Shown in pieces: positions 1-9,407 of a DNA stretch of 64,000 nucleotides (the first letter of the stretch is position 1; every line of letters begins with the position of its first letter). Position numbers and translations under genes: made by a program. This DNA comes from Aureliella sp. (GTDB lineage Bacteria > Planctomycetota > Planctomycetia > Pirellulales > Pirellulaceae): NCBI GenBank assembly GCA_963691875.1, contig OY829846.1, forward strand, positions 2,848,001-2,912,000, in the 5' to 3' direction. The notes beneath the pieces were generated by a model that did no database searches, was not told the origin of the DNA, and was given only the letters and a program-made list of their open reading frames with translations.

Positions 1-1035
1 GATCGGCATCGTGCGGTTGAGCCAAGAGGCGGCGACAAGGCCAACCAAGGCGGAAGGAAAACCAACGATTAGTCCGACAAAGATCACGGTTCCAATCTGA
101 ACTCCAGGCAGGGCCTCCACCACGATCAATGGTCCAGGAGTCGGCGGGACAAGCGTATGAGTAATAGCTCCACCAGCGGCGATAGCGCACAGGTACAGTA
201 AGTAGTTCTTCTTAGTTCGCTGGTAGAGACTGCGTGCCAGTGGAACCAGTAAGTAAAATACCGTATCAAAGAACACCGGAATCGACAGAATAAAACCGCT
301 GACCATCATGGCCAAAGCCGCTCGTTTTTCACCAAAGGTATTGAGTGAAGCTTGCACGATGCGATCTGCGGCTCCACTTACCAGCATCGTCTTACCAATA
401 ATCGCCGCCATCGCGATCAGGACTCCGATACCGACCACGGATCCGCCGAGTGAACCGGTGACTCGATTGACAATATTGACTGGCTGATTCGCTTTCGCCG
501 GATCCGTTTCCTTGATGACGCTAGGAACAGGGCTCTTCACAAAGCCTTTGACTTCAAGGGGCACGAAACAACTGATTGTTAGTGCGCCTAGAATCAAAGC
601 AACGAATGCATGTGACTTGAGCTTGATCATCAAAGCGAGAACGACAAAAACACCTACCGCAGTCGCAACAAGTGGCCGCCACATCGGAGGGCCAGATTCT
701 GCTCCAATTTCTTCGTTCGTCGCTGATGATGGCTGGCTCGATTCTTCTACATCCGCTGATGCGTCACCTTGGGGCTCATCTGCAGCTTCTGGATCGGTGG
801 CAACATCCGAATCAGCTCCACTGTTTCCGTCTCCCGCGTCCTGAGCCGCACTCGGCTCTTCATTCGGCGCTTCCCCGCTTCTTATCTTTTTCTCGGGCTC
901 CGTTGAACTCGGGGCTGCCGCAGGTTGGGTTTCCTGCGCTAGGCCGAATCTCTCGAAACCAAGGGTCAAACAGAGCGAAAGAATGAGCAAGAAGAACCAT
1001 TGGGCGTGGCGAGGGTAAGCGAGATGGGAAGGCAT
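1..1035 (-). CDS. GntP family (gluconate:H+ symporter-like) permease, 3' end outside the window
   Basis: Manual minus-strand translation from ATG at 1035 stays open to base 1. It contains the GntP motifs LSIPVFFDTVF and GGAITHTLVPPTPGPL plus several TM segments. It is absent from the ORF track because no stop lies in the window. Confidence 0.88.
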   Translation of the reverse strand, partial: MPSHLAYPRHAQWFFLLILSLCLTLGFERFGLAQETQPAAAPSSTEPEKKIRSGEAPNEEPSAAQDAGDGNSGADSDVATDPEAADEPQGDASADVEESSQPSSATNEEIGAESGPPMWRPLVATAVGVFVVLALMIKLKSHAFVALILGALTISCFVPLEVKGFVKSPVPSVIKETDPAKANQPVNIVNRVTGSLGGSVVGIGVLIAMAAIIGKTMLVSGAADRIVQASLNTFGEKRAALAMMVSGFILSIPVFFDTVFYLLVPLARSLYQRTKKNYLLYLCAIAAGGAITHTLVPPTPGPLIVVEALPGVQIGTVIFVGLIVGFPSALVGLVAASWLNRTMPI

Positions 1036-1296
1036 GAAGGGCTCGCGAAGGAAAAGATCAGTAACACATGCCACAAAACGCGACGACTTTGACTGGGCTC
1101 GGCACGCTTGTAGGACGTCCGGTACGTCACTCTGGCAAGGCAGAACCCTAAGAATATAGTCCAAATACGACGATCATTCCGCGCCCCCTTGTCGAAAATC
1201 GACCTGCCTCAGTAGGATGACGCTGTTGTTTGGAGCACGCCAATTTCGTAGCGACAATATCTTCCAAGATCGCCAACTCAATCCAGTGAAGTGAAA

Positions 1297-2727
1297 ATGA
1301 CCGAGTTCCGCACAGAAAAAGACTCGATGGGTGAAGTCCAGGTACCCAAGGACGCTTACTACAGCGCACAGACGCAGCGTGCGGTAGAGAACTTTCCCGT
1401 CTCGGGCTGGCGGCTACCACCCGCGCTGATTAGAGCAATGGGCTGGGTCAAATACGCCTGCGCAACTGCTAATCGCGACTTGGGCAAGCTCACTGGCACA
1501 GGCAAGAACCCGCTGCAAGATGACCAGGTCGAAGCATTACTGCAAGCCGCGCATGAAGTCGCCGATGGCGGTCTTGCCGATCAGTTCCCGATCGACGTCT
1601 TTCAAACTGGCTCCGGCACTTCCAGCAATATGAACGTAAACGAAGTGATCTCCAATCGCGCGATTGAGATCACCGGCGGCGATCGGTTCTTGAAAGACAA
1701 GCCCATTCACCCGAACGATCACGTGAATATGGGCCAAAGTACCAACGACACTTTTCCAACTGCAATTCATGTCGCTGTCGCGCTCGAAATCAAGAACTCG
1801 TTGATTCCGGCTTTACAGTCTCTACACACACAGCTTGTTGAGAAGGCAGCAGCCTGGGACAAAATCATCAAGATCGGACGAACGCATTTGATGGACGCCA
1901 CGCCGCTTCGCTTGGGACAGGAGTTCGGTGGCTTCGCCCGCCAGATCGAATTGTCACTGGGACGAGCAAGCAGGGCGTTGGAAGCGGTTCTGGAACTGCC
2001 TGTGGGCGGTACTGCGGTGGGTAGCGGCATCAACACGCACCCCGAGTTCGGAGGCCGCGTGGCCGCCGTCTTGGCTCAGAAAACTAAAGTGCCCTTCGTC
2101 GAAGCGGCCAATCACTTTGAGGCCAATGCCAATCGCGATGGCTTGGTCGAATGCCATGGTGAGTTGAAGACTATCGCAACGACTCTTTTCAATTTCGCGA
2201 ACAATGTTCGCTGGCTAGGCTCGGGTCCACGCTGTGGCTTCAACGAGATTGTGCTCCCTGAGCGAGCCCCTGGCAGCTCGATCATGCCGGGCAAGGTCAA
2301 TCCGGTAATGTGCGAAAGCATGATGCAATTAACTGCTCGAGTCATTGGCAATGACCAGTGCATCACAACCAGTGGTGCGGCTGGTGGAAACTTTCAGTTG
2401 AACATCATGATGCCAGTCATGGGACAGACGACATTGGAAAGCATTCAGCTACTGTCCAACGGTGTGAATGCCTTCATCGAGTTTTGTATGCAAGGCCTTA
2501 CGCCAAATGCCGAATCTTGCGAAGCCGCTGTTGAACAAAGCCTTTCTATGTCGACCAGTCTGAATCCGTTGATCGGCTACGAGATGGCCGCCAAGATCAC
2601 CAAGGAAGCCTTCGCCGAACGCAAGACAGTACGTCAAGTTTGCATTGAGAACGAAGTGCTTTCCGAAGAACAACTTAAAGAAGCACTCGATCCGTTTCGC
2701 ATGACTGAACCACAAGCCGACGGTTAG
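1297..2727 (+). CDS. fumC: Class II fumarate hydratase
   Basis: Motifs RTEKDSMGEV, QTGSGTSSNMN, HPNDHVN, GRTHLMDA and the signature GSSIMPGKVNP. ATG at 1297 is preferred over GTG at 1291. Confidence 0.95.
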   Translation: MTEFRTEKDSMGEVQVPKDAYYSAQTQRAVENFPVSGWRLPPALIRAMGWVKYACATANRDLGKLTGTGKNPLQDDQVEALLQAAHEVADGGLADQFPIDVFQTGSGTSSNMNVNEVISNRAIEITGGDRFLKDKPIHPNDHVNMGQSTNDTFPTAIHVAVALEIKNSLIPALQSLHTQLVEKAAAWDKIIKIGRTHLMDATPLRLGQEFGGFARQIELSLGRASRALEAVLELPVGGTAVGSGINTHPEFGGRVAAVLAQKTKVPFVEAANHFEANANRDGLVECHGELKTIATTLFNFANNVRWLGSGPRCGFNEIVLPERAPGSSIMPGKVNPVMCESMMQLTARVIGNDQCITTSGAAGGNFQLNIMMPVMGQTTLESIQLLSNGVNAFIEFCMQGLTPNAESCEAAVEQSLSMSTSLNPLIGYEMAAKITKEAFAERKTVRQVCIENEVLSEEQLKEALDPFRMTEPQADG

Positions 2728-2817
2728 GCATGAGTCGGATAAACAAACGTGGATGAGCTTCCAGCTTGTCTTCGACCTGTCCCTTTGCCTCGAATGTGAA
2801 AGATCACGAGAAAACCA

Positions 2818-3282
2818 ATGAACTTACAAGAACTCAAAACCGCATCTACCAATTCGAGCATCGACTCCATCGAGATCCATCTTCCTGGTGGCGAAGTGCT
2901 TCCTGCTCACTTTCATTTGACTGAAATCGGTCGTGTCACCAAGGACTTTGTAGATTGCGGTGGCACGCGTCGCAACAAAAGCGCTTGCGTCCTGCAAACC
3001 TGGCTTGCAGAAGATACGGACCACCGATTGTCGGCTGAAAAGCTGCGAGCCATCCTTGGCAAGTCCGCGCAGTTGGAGCTAGAAGCTGCAACGGAAGTGG
3101 AGTTCGAGGTACAACAAAACACTTTGTCTATGTTTTCACTTGCGACGGCACAAGTCGAGGACGGTTGCCTAAAGCTGAGGTTAGAGGCAATGCAAACACA
3201 ATGTTTGGCTCCTGACCTTTGCCAAGTCCCCAACTTGTCCGTCATTGGCGGCGATTCCTGCACCGGCCCAGGATGCTGCTAA
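2818..3282 (+). CDS. DUF6428-like protein with a Cys-rich C-terminus
   Basis: PAHFHLTEIG and FVDCGG motifs, and a C-terminal CLAPDLC...SCTGPGCC, recalled as typical of DUF6428. Confidence 0.7.
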   Translation: MNLQELKTASTNSSIDSIEIHLPGGEVLPAHFHLTEIGRVTKDFVDCGGTRRNKSACVLQTWLAEDTDHRLSAEKLRAILGKSAQLELEAATEVEFEVQQNTLSMFSLATAQVEDGCLKLRLEAMQTQCLAPDLCQVPNLSVIGGDSCTGPGCC

Positions 3283-3329
3283 CCGCAGGCAATCCCGTAG
3301 TGGGATTCGGCTAAAGTAATGAGAAGGAA

Positions 3330-4109
3330 ATGACGATGCCCGCGGCGCAGATTCAAGTTTGCAAAGATTCAGAAACACTCGCCCAGTTCACTTGCCGCTG
3401 GCTTGTCAGGCTCATTCAAGAACATCTATCGGCTTCAACGGAGCCTTTTTCACTTTGTCTTGCTGGTGGCTCGACTCCCAAACGGCTCTATCAACTTCTA
3501 GCCGAACTACCACCCGACACTATCGACTGGACACGCGTCGTACTTGTTTGGGGCGATGAGCGAAATGTGTCGATAGACGACGATCAGAGCAATTATCGCA
3601 TGGTGCGTGAGAATCTTATCGATCACGTTGCGATACCTGCAGAAAATGTCTTGGGCATGCCTGATCCAGGCGGAACGGCCAGCGACGTGGCGGCGCAGTA
3701 CGAAACATTATTGAAAGAGAAACTCGCCGGCGCGGACGGCCGCATTCGACTCGACTGCGTTCTGTTAGGAATGGGGGACGACGTACATACCGCCTCACTA
3801 TTTCCAGGCACGACGGCGCTCGAAGAAAACGAACGACTAGTCGTGGAAAACTGGGTCGAGAAGTTTGATTGCTGGCGAGTTACACTTACCGCTCCTGCTT
3901 TGAACTCGGCAAGATGTGTTGCGTTTCTTATCGCAGGTGCTGGCAAAGAACCTGCCCTGAACCAGCTTTGGCATGGGGCAAGAGATGCGTCGCAGTTCCC
4001 TTCGCAACTCATTGCACCGATCGAGGGCCAGCTACACTTCATGTTGGACCAATCGGCACTTGGCGAGAATCGCCCGCCTGAAGACTGCATGCTTGAGTTC
4101 GTGGATTGA
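3330..4109 (+). CDS. pgl: 6-phosphogluconolactonase
   Basis: Motifs LAGGSTPK, WGDER, SNY, LLGMGDDVHTASLFPG and RVTLT. Confidence 0.93.
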   Translation: MTMPAAQIQVCKDSETLAQFTCRWLVRLIQEHLSASTEPFSLCLAGGSTPKRLYQLLAELPPDTIDWTRVVLVWGDERNVSIDDDQSNYRMVRENLIDHVAIPAENVLGMPDPGGTASDVAAQYETLLKEKLAGADGRIRLDCVLLGMGDDVHTASLFPGTTALEENERLVVENWVEKFDCWRVTLTAPALNSARCVAFLIAGAGKEPALNQLWHGARDASQFPSQLIAPIEGQLHFMLDQSALGENRPPEDCMLEFVD

Positions 4110-4156
4110 GGTAAAGTCTTGCCGATCAGCCAATATTCTCACGTGCAGTTCTCTCC

Positions 4157-4945
4157 ATGATCTTTCGTTGGTTTCGTCAGTTTCAGCGCCACCAACTTTG
4201 GAAGAGGCCTATCCCTGCGGGATGGCATGAGCTGCTCAGCGAGAACGCGGTTTTTCTCGAAGACGTTGAGGAAGAAACCAAGACCGCTATCCTTCGTTCG
4301 GTTCAAGTCTTTTGTTCAGAAAAGAATTGGGAAGGCTGCGGGGGCCTGAAACTAACCGACGAACATCGCGTGACGATCTCTGCGCAGATTGCCAAGATGA
4401 CTTTAGGCATGGGGGTCGGTGAAGTTGATGGCGAATACTTCTCGGAAGTGCAGTCGATTCTGGTTTACCCTGAAGCCTACCTTGCTGACACAAAGCAGCA
4501 CATTGGAGCAGGAGTAGTCATGGAGAGTCGCGATGGTCGACTGGGCGAGGCATGGCATCGTGGGCCTGTCATCTTGTCCTGGCAGGATGTTTTAGCGACC
4601 GGACGCAGGCAGAACTTTGCTCGGAACGTGGTGATTCACGAGTTCGCCCATCATCTCGATATGCGAAACGGCCGGGATGCCGATGGAATTCCGGTGATAG
4701 AGTCCAGCGAGTTTGGACGTCGCTGGCGAGAAGTAACCGAAAGTTGCTTTGGGCAACTACAGGAAATGTGTCGCAACGGCCGTCCGCGGCTTCTTGATTG
4801 CTACGGAGCGACCAGCCTGTCCGAGTTCTTCGCTGTCGCGAGTGAAGCATTCTTCGAAGAGCCGCTTGCCATGCGGCATCACTGGCCCCAACTCTTTGAT
4901 TTGTTCAATGCGTTCTATTTCCCAAATGACTTCGCGCAGATATGA
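4157..4945 (+). CDS. Zinc-dependent peptidase, MtfA/M90 family
   Basis: Motifs ILVYP, LGEAW..GPVILSW, NVVIHEFAHHLD (HExxH) and YGATS.SEFFAV.SEAFFE. Confidence 0.9.
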   Translation: MIFRWFRQFQRHQLWKRPIPAGWHELLSENAVFLEDVEEETKTAILRSVQVFCSEKNWEGCGGLKLTDEHRVTISAQIAKMTLGMGVGEVDGEYFSEVQSILVYPEAYLADTKQHIGAGVVMESRDGRLGEAWHRGPVILSWQDVLATGRRQNFARNVVIHEFAHHLDMRNGRDADGIPVIESSEFGRRWREVTESCFGQLQEMCRNGRPRLLDCYGATSLSEFFAVASEAFFEEPLAMRHHWPQLFDLFNAFYFPNDFAQI

Positions 4946-5001
4946 GCCGCGCCGCAAGAACATTTCGCGTAAAACTGGAACGACGAAAGAACTCGGCGAC
5001 G

Positions 5002-5931
5002 TCAATTGCGAAATTGCTCGTGGCAGCGACTGCAGTTCTGCGCCAACTCATTCATCAAGTCGCCAAATTTCTTCTCGTCAAAACTAGCTGCCCTTGAAGC
5101 TTGATGAAGCTGTGCGGACAGTTTTGTGCTGAACTTGAGAAGGGCGCGGAAATCACCACCATGCTGCTTGGCAAAAGAACTTCTCTCCAATTCGCGAAAG
5201 TCATCGCTAAGAAGCAGAGCGTTGTAGCTACGTTGCCGAGCCTGGCCGTCTGACACCTTTTTTAGCTTCTCGAAACTTCGAGATAGCGTTGCCATGCGTT
5301 TTGCAAAATCTGGAACTGCGGCGGTACCTTTGATTTCTGGGAGCTTCTCGTTTTCGGTGCGTTTCTTTGCATTACGCACATCGGCCCATAAGCCTCGGTA
5401 TTCCTTTGAGGTGCCGCCGCGGAACAGAATCTCCAAGGCTTCATGTTGGGACACCGATTCACCGGCACGCAGCATGTACGCCACAGCCGCTGGTGCACGA
5501 TGCTGCCCGTGATGGCAGTGAACGTAGATCGGACCAGGCATTTCCTTGAGGACACGCAACATCGCGAGCCCTGAATCGCGAGAGATCCCAGAGTAAGTCA
5601 ACGGTATGTGTACGTAACGCAAGCCATAGGCTTGGGCTAGTTTGAGATTGGGAGCGATGCCATCGACGCTGACAATAGTCTTGATGCCTTGACCGGCTAG
5701 CCAGCGGAAATGCCGGTGCTCGGCTGGCTCCCCACCCGAGTAGATTTGCTTGTCGAGCTCCAGGTCCAGCTTCTCATTGATGTCTAGGAAATTCGCTGGA
5801 GCAGAATCCGATTCAGTGCTCTGCTTTTTCTCGTCTTGTGCAAACAGCAGGACAGACGAAATTATCGAGGCCAGTAGTACTGCAACAGCAGGCATTCGGC
5901 GGACGGTGTTTCGATCAAAGAGCGTCTTCAT
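5002..5931 (-). CDS. Secreted protein with a CX5R (PTP/DSP/DUF442-like) domain fused to a C-terminal cytochrome c'-like CxxCH domain
   Basis: Signal-peptide-like N-terminus, IYSGGEP, GIKTIVSVD, YVHIP and PIYVHCHHGQHR (C-x5-R). The helical C-terminal half ends in CSRCHEQFRN. Confidence 0.75.
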   Translation of the reverse strand: MKTLFDRNTVRRMPAVAVLLASIISSVLLFAQDEKKQSTESDSAPANFLDINEKLDLELDKQIYSGGEPAEHRHFRWLAGQGIKTIVSVDGIAPNLKLAQAYGLRYVHIPLTYSGISRDSGLAMLRVLKEMPGPIYVHCHHGQHRAPAAVAYMLRAGESVSQHEALEILFRGGTSKEYRGLWADVRNAKKRTENEKLPEIKGTAAVPDFAKRMATLSRSFEKLKKVSDGQARQRSYNALLLSDDFRELERSSFAKQHGGDFRALLKFSTKLSAQLHQASRAASFDEKKFGDLMNELAQNCSRCHEQFRN

Positions 5932-6754
5932 TTGATCCAGCTGGCTTCGCTACAGGTTTGAACGAGAGTCCGCCGGAGGCACGGAGCTCAATATTATATT
6001 GTTTTCCTTCCTTGACTTTAATCGCCACAGCTTCGCCATGGGCAGCGCGAATTCCCATTTCGGCCGCTTTTTGCTCATCGTTGGCGAACTCCCAAAATTC
6101 CTTCCAAAGCTTCTCTTCAAACTCGCTGGTCACACCGCCGCGACTATAAGCTTGCGGACGCATCCCGACCTCGTCGAGAGAAAAGCCTTCGGCTGGCTGC
6201 TGGTCCTCGCTGAAAATCCGACGGAACAGACACAACGAGGTGCCACGCTGGATGTCGCCTTTTTGAATGTATTCATCGTCGAACTTGATGATCCAATTGT
6301 CGACATAAACCAGATCGCCTGGCAGCGTTACTTCTTTGGGCTCGGAAAGTGCGTCACCGTTTGGAGACAATTCGACGAATCGAAGATTGCTTTCGAGGGC
6401 CTTTCCTTCCTCGTCGCGTTTGATGTCGATCACTTCTAATCGCGCGAGCCGTTGGTCAGTCTTCAACAAGATCATCGCCGTTTCGAGTCGATCGACTTGC
6501 TGCGACAGTTCTTCAACTTGCTCGGTCTTCTCCTTTAAGTCCGTTCCGAGCTTTTCGATTGCTGCATCCTTCGTTTCGATCTGGCCCTTAAGCGTCGTTA
6601 GCTGTTCCTCCTGATCTGCAAGCATACGCTCTTTCTTCGTGTACTCTGAATACACCTGCCAGCCACCGACGCCAATCACGCCGACCAAAGCGGCCAATAT
6701 GATCGTGCGCACCGTCGTATTGATTGTCTTAATGCCTTCACTCAGCTTGCCCAC
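5915..6754 (-). CDS. Hypothetical membrane-anchored coiled-coil protein
   Basis: 279 aa ORF with one N-terminal TM helix, a heptad-rich segment and then a globular domain. It overlaps the start of the downstream gene. Confidence 0.7.
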   Translation of the reverse strand: MGKLSEGIKTINTTVRTIILAALVGVIGVGGWQVYSEYTKKERMLADQEEQLTTLKGQIETKDAAIEKLGTDLKEKTEQVEELSQQVDRLETAMILLKTDQRLARLEVIDIKRDEEGKALESNLRFVELSPNGDALSEPKEVTLPGDLVYVDNWIIKFDDEYIQKGDIQRGTSLCLFRRIFSEDQQPAEGFSLDEVGMRPQAYSRGGVTSEFEEKLWKEFWEFANDEQKAAEMGIRAAHGEAVAIKVKEGKQYNIELRASGGLSFKPVAKPAGSNEDAL

Positions 6755-6990
6755 GGCAATCTCCCGGTTTCATGCTTCACGCCCGCTGGCTCTGCCTTCT
6801 CCGCTGTCTTCATCTACGGAAATCGAGCTATTGATAGCATTGTAGATCTAGTTTCTTTTAAGTCTTACGCCTTGGATTCATCGGACCATTTTACCCCCGC
6901 CGATGGCAAAAGTCGCTGAATCCAACTGTGGCTAGTTATTTTCGTCGTCATTGTTTGTGCCGAACCGTAATTTGACGCTTTGGCCTCAAC

Positions 6991-7145
6991 TTACCCTCCC
7001 TTCCGAGCAGGCCCAGGCGCAGCGGGGTGGCGAGGATAATTGGGACGGTCGGAGACCGAGCGACGACGCGGGAATTGCTGGGCAGTCCCCTCTCCGGGCG
7101 GGATAGCCCAACTCTCCGGAACCCGCTGTGCGAGAGGGAGAGTGA
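6991..7145. repeat. GC-rich degenerate palindromic element (REP/MITE-like)
   Basis: Ends ttaccctccct (6991-7001) and agggagagtga (7135-7145) form a 9/11 inverted repeat in a non-coding divergent intergenic region. Confidence 0.3.
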
Positions 7146-7223
7146 TTTCCTTTTCCCTTCCAGCCGCCATCGATAATCGCTAACGTTGGCAGCAATCAGG
7201 AATCAACTCGCCAGGGCGACTCC

Positions 7224-7979
7224 ATGTCTTCAGACGCATCCGTTCCAAGCTTCAAACCATTCGCTATTTTGTCAGGTTTCTTGGCAATCGCTAGCATCAG
7301 GCTTTTTGCTTGGGATCAATCGGTTGTGGGATGGATAGGGAATTGGCATTTGCCTGGAGACTTGCGAAAAGCTATCAATCTGAGCGAAGCATTTGCTCAT
7401 GGCTTTGGAGCAGCTGCAATTCTGGGAGCGATTTTGCTGGTCCAAGGCCGTTCCAAACGACCGATTTGGACGGCGATATGCATCACTTTGGTCAGCGGCC
7501 TGCTTGCGAACGGACTGAAGGCAACCGTCGTTCGCATCCGCCCACATCAGGTCGGAAAGATCGAGGTTGCTCAAGAATCTAAGGCTCAGCCGGCAAAACC
7601 ATCAGGCGCAGTGAAGTTCGCATCACACGTTGAGCCATCGAGCGACAACCACGCCGAACATATCAAGGACAAGCCTGAAACCGTTCAGGCCACGTTCTGG
7701 GATGCCCGCCAACGGAGCTTTCCTTCTGGCCACGCTGCCACTGCTTGCGGACTTGCGATCGGCCTGAGCCTTCTTTTTCCTCGCGGAACACTTTTATTTG
7801 GTATGCTATCAGCGTTGGCTTGCCTACAGAGGTTGACTAGCGGTGCACACTTTCCCAGCGATGTCCTGGCGGGTGCGTCGATAGCTGCTGCATGTGCAGC
7901 CTTAATTCTATGGCTCCAAGTTCGCGTGCAAAATCGAAACGTCGAAGCTAGCTCGGTCGCAAACAGTCCGGTCGGCTAG
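7224..7979 (+). CDS. PAP2 family membrane phosphatase
   Basis: All three PAP2 motifs: KATVVRIRP, SFPSGH and QRLTSGAHFPSDV. Confidence 0.9.
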   Translation: MSSDASVPSFKPFAILSGFLAIASIRLFAWDQSVVGWIGNWHLPGDLRKAINLSEAFAHGFGAAAILGAILLVQGRSKRPIWTAICITLVSGLLANGLKATVVRIRPHQVGKIEVAQESKAQPAKPSGAVKFASHVEPSSDNHAEHIKDKPETVQATFWDARQRSFPSGHAATACGLAIGLSLLFPRGTLLFGMLSALACLQRLTSGAHFPSDVLAGASIAAACAALILWLQVRVQNRNVEASSVANSPVG

Positions 7980-8129
7980 CAACAAGAGAAGCTAATCCAG
8001 GAACAGAGGCACTCCTGGCTGGCAGCATCAGGAATAGCTCGTGCAACAGTGATTTCTATTTCGCTGCGGATACAGCACCTCGATGCACCGTAGCTTCGAG
8101 CCGGTTGTCGGATCACAGATTCTACTGGA

Positions 8130-8924
8130 GTGCCACAAATGTTGCGATCAATCCTTTCGCTTCCTTGTCTTGCTTTTCTCTCTATATGTCTTTCAAGTCT
8201 ATGCGCCGGACCTGGTTTTTCCGGTGAGCCAGACGAAAAGGCAAAGCAGAATTCCAGTGCGGAGTCGGGCAGTGGTAATGCCTCTGCCCCGCGTGAAAAG
8301 AAAGAGCCTCGCCGCGCGGTAGTGATCACCCGCGAGCTAGTCGAACTGGAAAAGCAAACGAACAAACTCAAATCCGATGTGGACAAAGGTGAGAACATCA
8401 TCCGCATCTGTGAACTCTTTGTTGAAGTCGGAGAACATCCTAGCATCAGCACCAACGGAGCCTTCCAAAGTTTGAACATGCGAATTCGAAATCGACTTCG
8501 TGGCATCGAACGCCGCCTAGTCAAAGAAATGAAGCAGCGCAAGATCCCTGAGCCGCCCGAAATGGTGGCTCGACGAGAAGAAGAAAATAAACGCCGCGCC
8601 GCTGGTAACTCAGCAGCCTACGGTTCCGCGAGCAATGGATCCGCTGGACAGGGCAACAGTGCACTCGGTGGATTCCACCGCAACTCGCCGTCAGGCGAGA
8701 ATGCTGCGGGAAATTCGCCCGGCGCAAATGCTGCTCCGGGCCCAGACTATGGTTGGTATTTGGTCAATCTCATTCGAACGGTCATCAAGCCTGAGTATTG
8801 GTCGGTAGCGGGAGGACCGGGTAAGGCGATATACTTTCCTAACTCGCGGGCACTCATCATTCACGGAAGCTGGCGAATTCAAGAAGACGTCGCCGACTTG
8901 TTGACCGCTCTGCGAGGCGGCTGA
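8130..8924 (+). CDS. Hypothetical secreted protein with a C-terminal secretin-N (NolW-like) domain
   Basis: Signal peptide, a Gly/Ser/Asn-rich linker, and C-terminal LVNLIRTVIKPEYWSVAGGPG...LIIHGSWRIQEDVADLLTALR. Confidence 0.6.
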   Translation: MPQMLRSILSLPCLAFLSICLSSLCAGPGFSGEPDEKAKQNSSAESGSGNASAPREKKEPRRAVVITRELVELEKQTNKLKSDVDKGENIIRICELFVEVGEHPSISTNGAFQSLNMRIRNRLRGIERRLVKEMKQRKIPEPPEMVARREEENKRRAAGNSAAYGSASNGSAGQGNSALGGFHRNSPSGENAAGNSPGANAAPGPDYGWYLVNLIRTVIKPEYWSVAGGPGKAIYFPNSRALIIHGSWRIQEDVADLLTALRGG

Positions 8925-8969
8925 TCGACGCCTTTCATCGACGCTTATCCTCAAGGTTTTGAAAGAGAA

Positions 8970-9212
8970 ATGGGACTGGACGACACTTTTCGCGCACGTT
9001 GCCCTAGTTGTGATTTGCTCGTTGATCCTGAAGCAAATCCAAAGTCGTTGCCGTTTTGCAGCGAGCGTTGCCGTCTAGTCGACCTTGGGCGTTGGCTGAA
9101 CGAAGAGCACTCTCTACCAGCACAAGTCGATGACGAGGAAGAAGAGTCGGCAGTGCGCGGAGAACCAGCACCTCGTAAGCCCCAGCTCCCTCCTGGTTGG
9201 CACGACGCCTAA
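8970..9212 (+). CDS. yacG: DNA gyrase inhibitor YacG
   Basis: CPSC...PFCSERCRLVDLGRWL zinc-finger signature followed by an acidic tail. Confidence 0.9.
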   Translation: MGLDDTFRARCPSCDLLVDPEANPKSLPFCSERCRLVDLGRWLNEEHSLPAQVDDEEEESAVRGEPAPRKPQLPPGWHDA

Positions 9213-9407
9213 CCATACGCCCGCATCACCACCAGACCTCTAGATGCAATCACAGCAAGGCAGACACCTTTATTCTTAGTATGAAATTTCCGCTCCCTGC
9301 GGATTCTTAGCATCATTGCGTGTTCGTACCAAAAGCTAGATATTGGAGTGAGTGTCGCAGGCGTTTTTCGTTGCGGCGCAAGAGCTTCACTCTTTCAGGA
9401 ATTCCCC

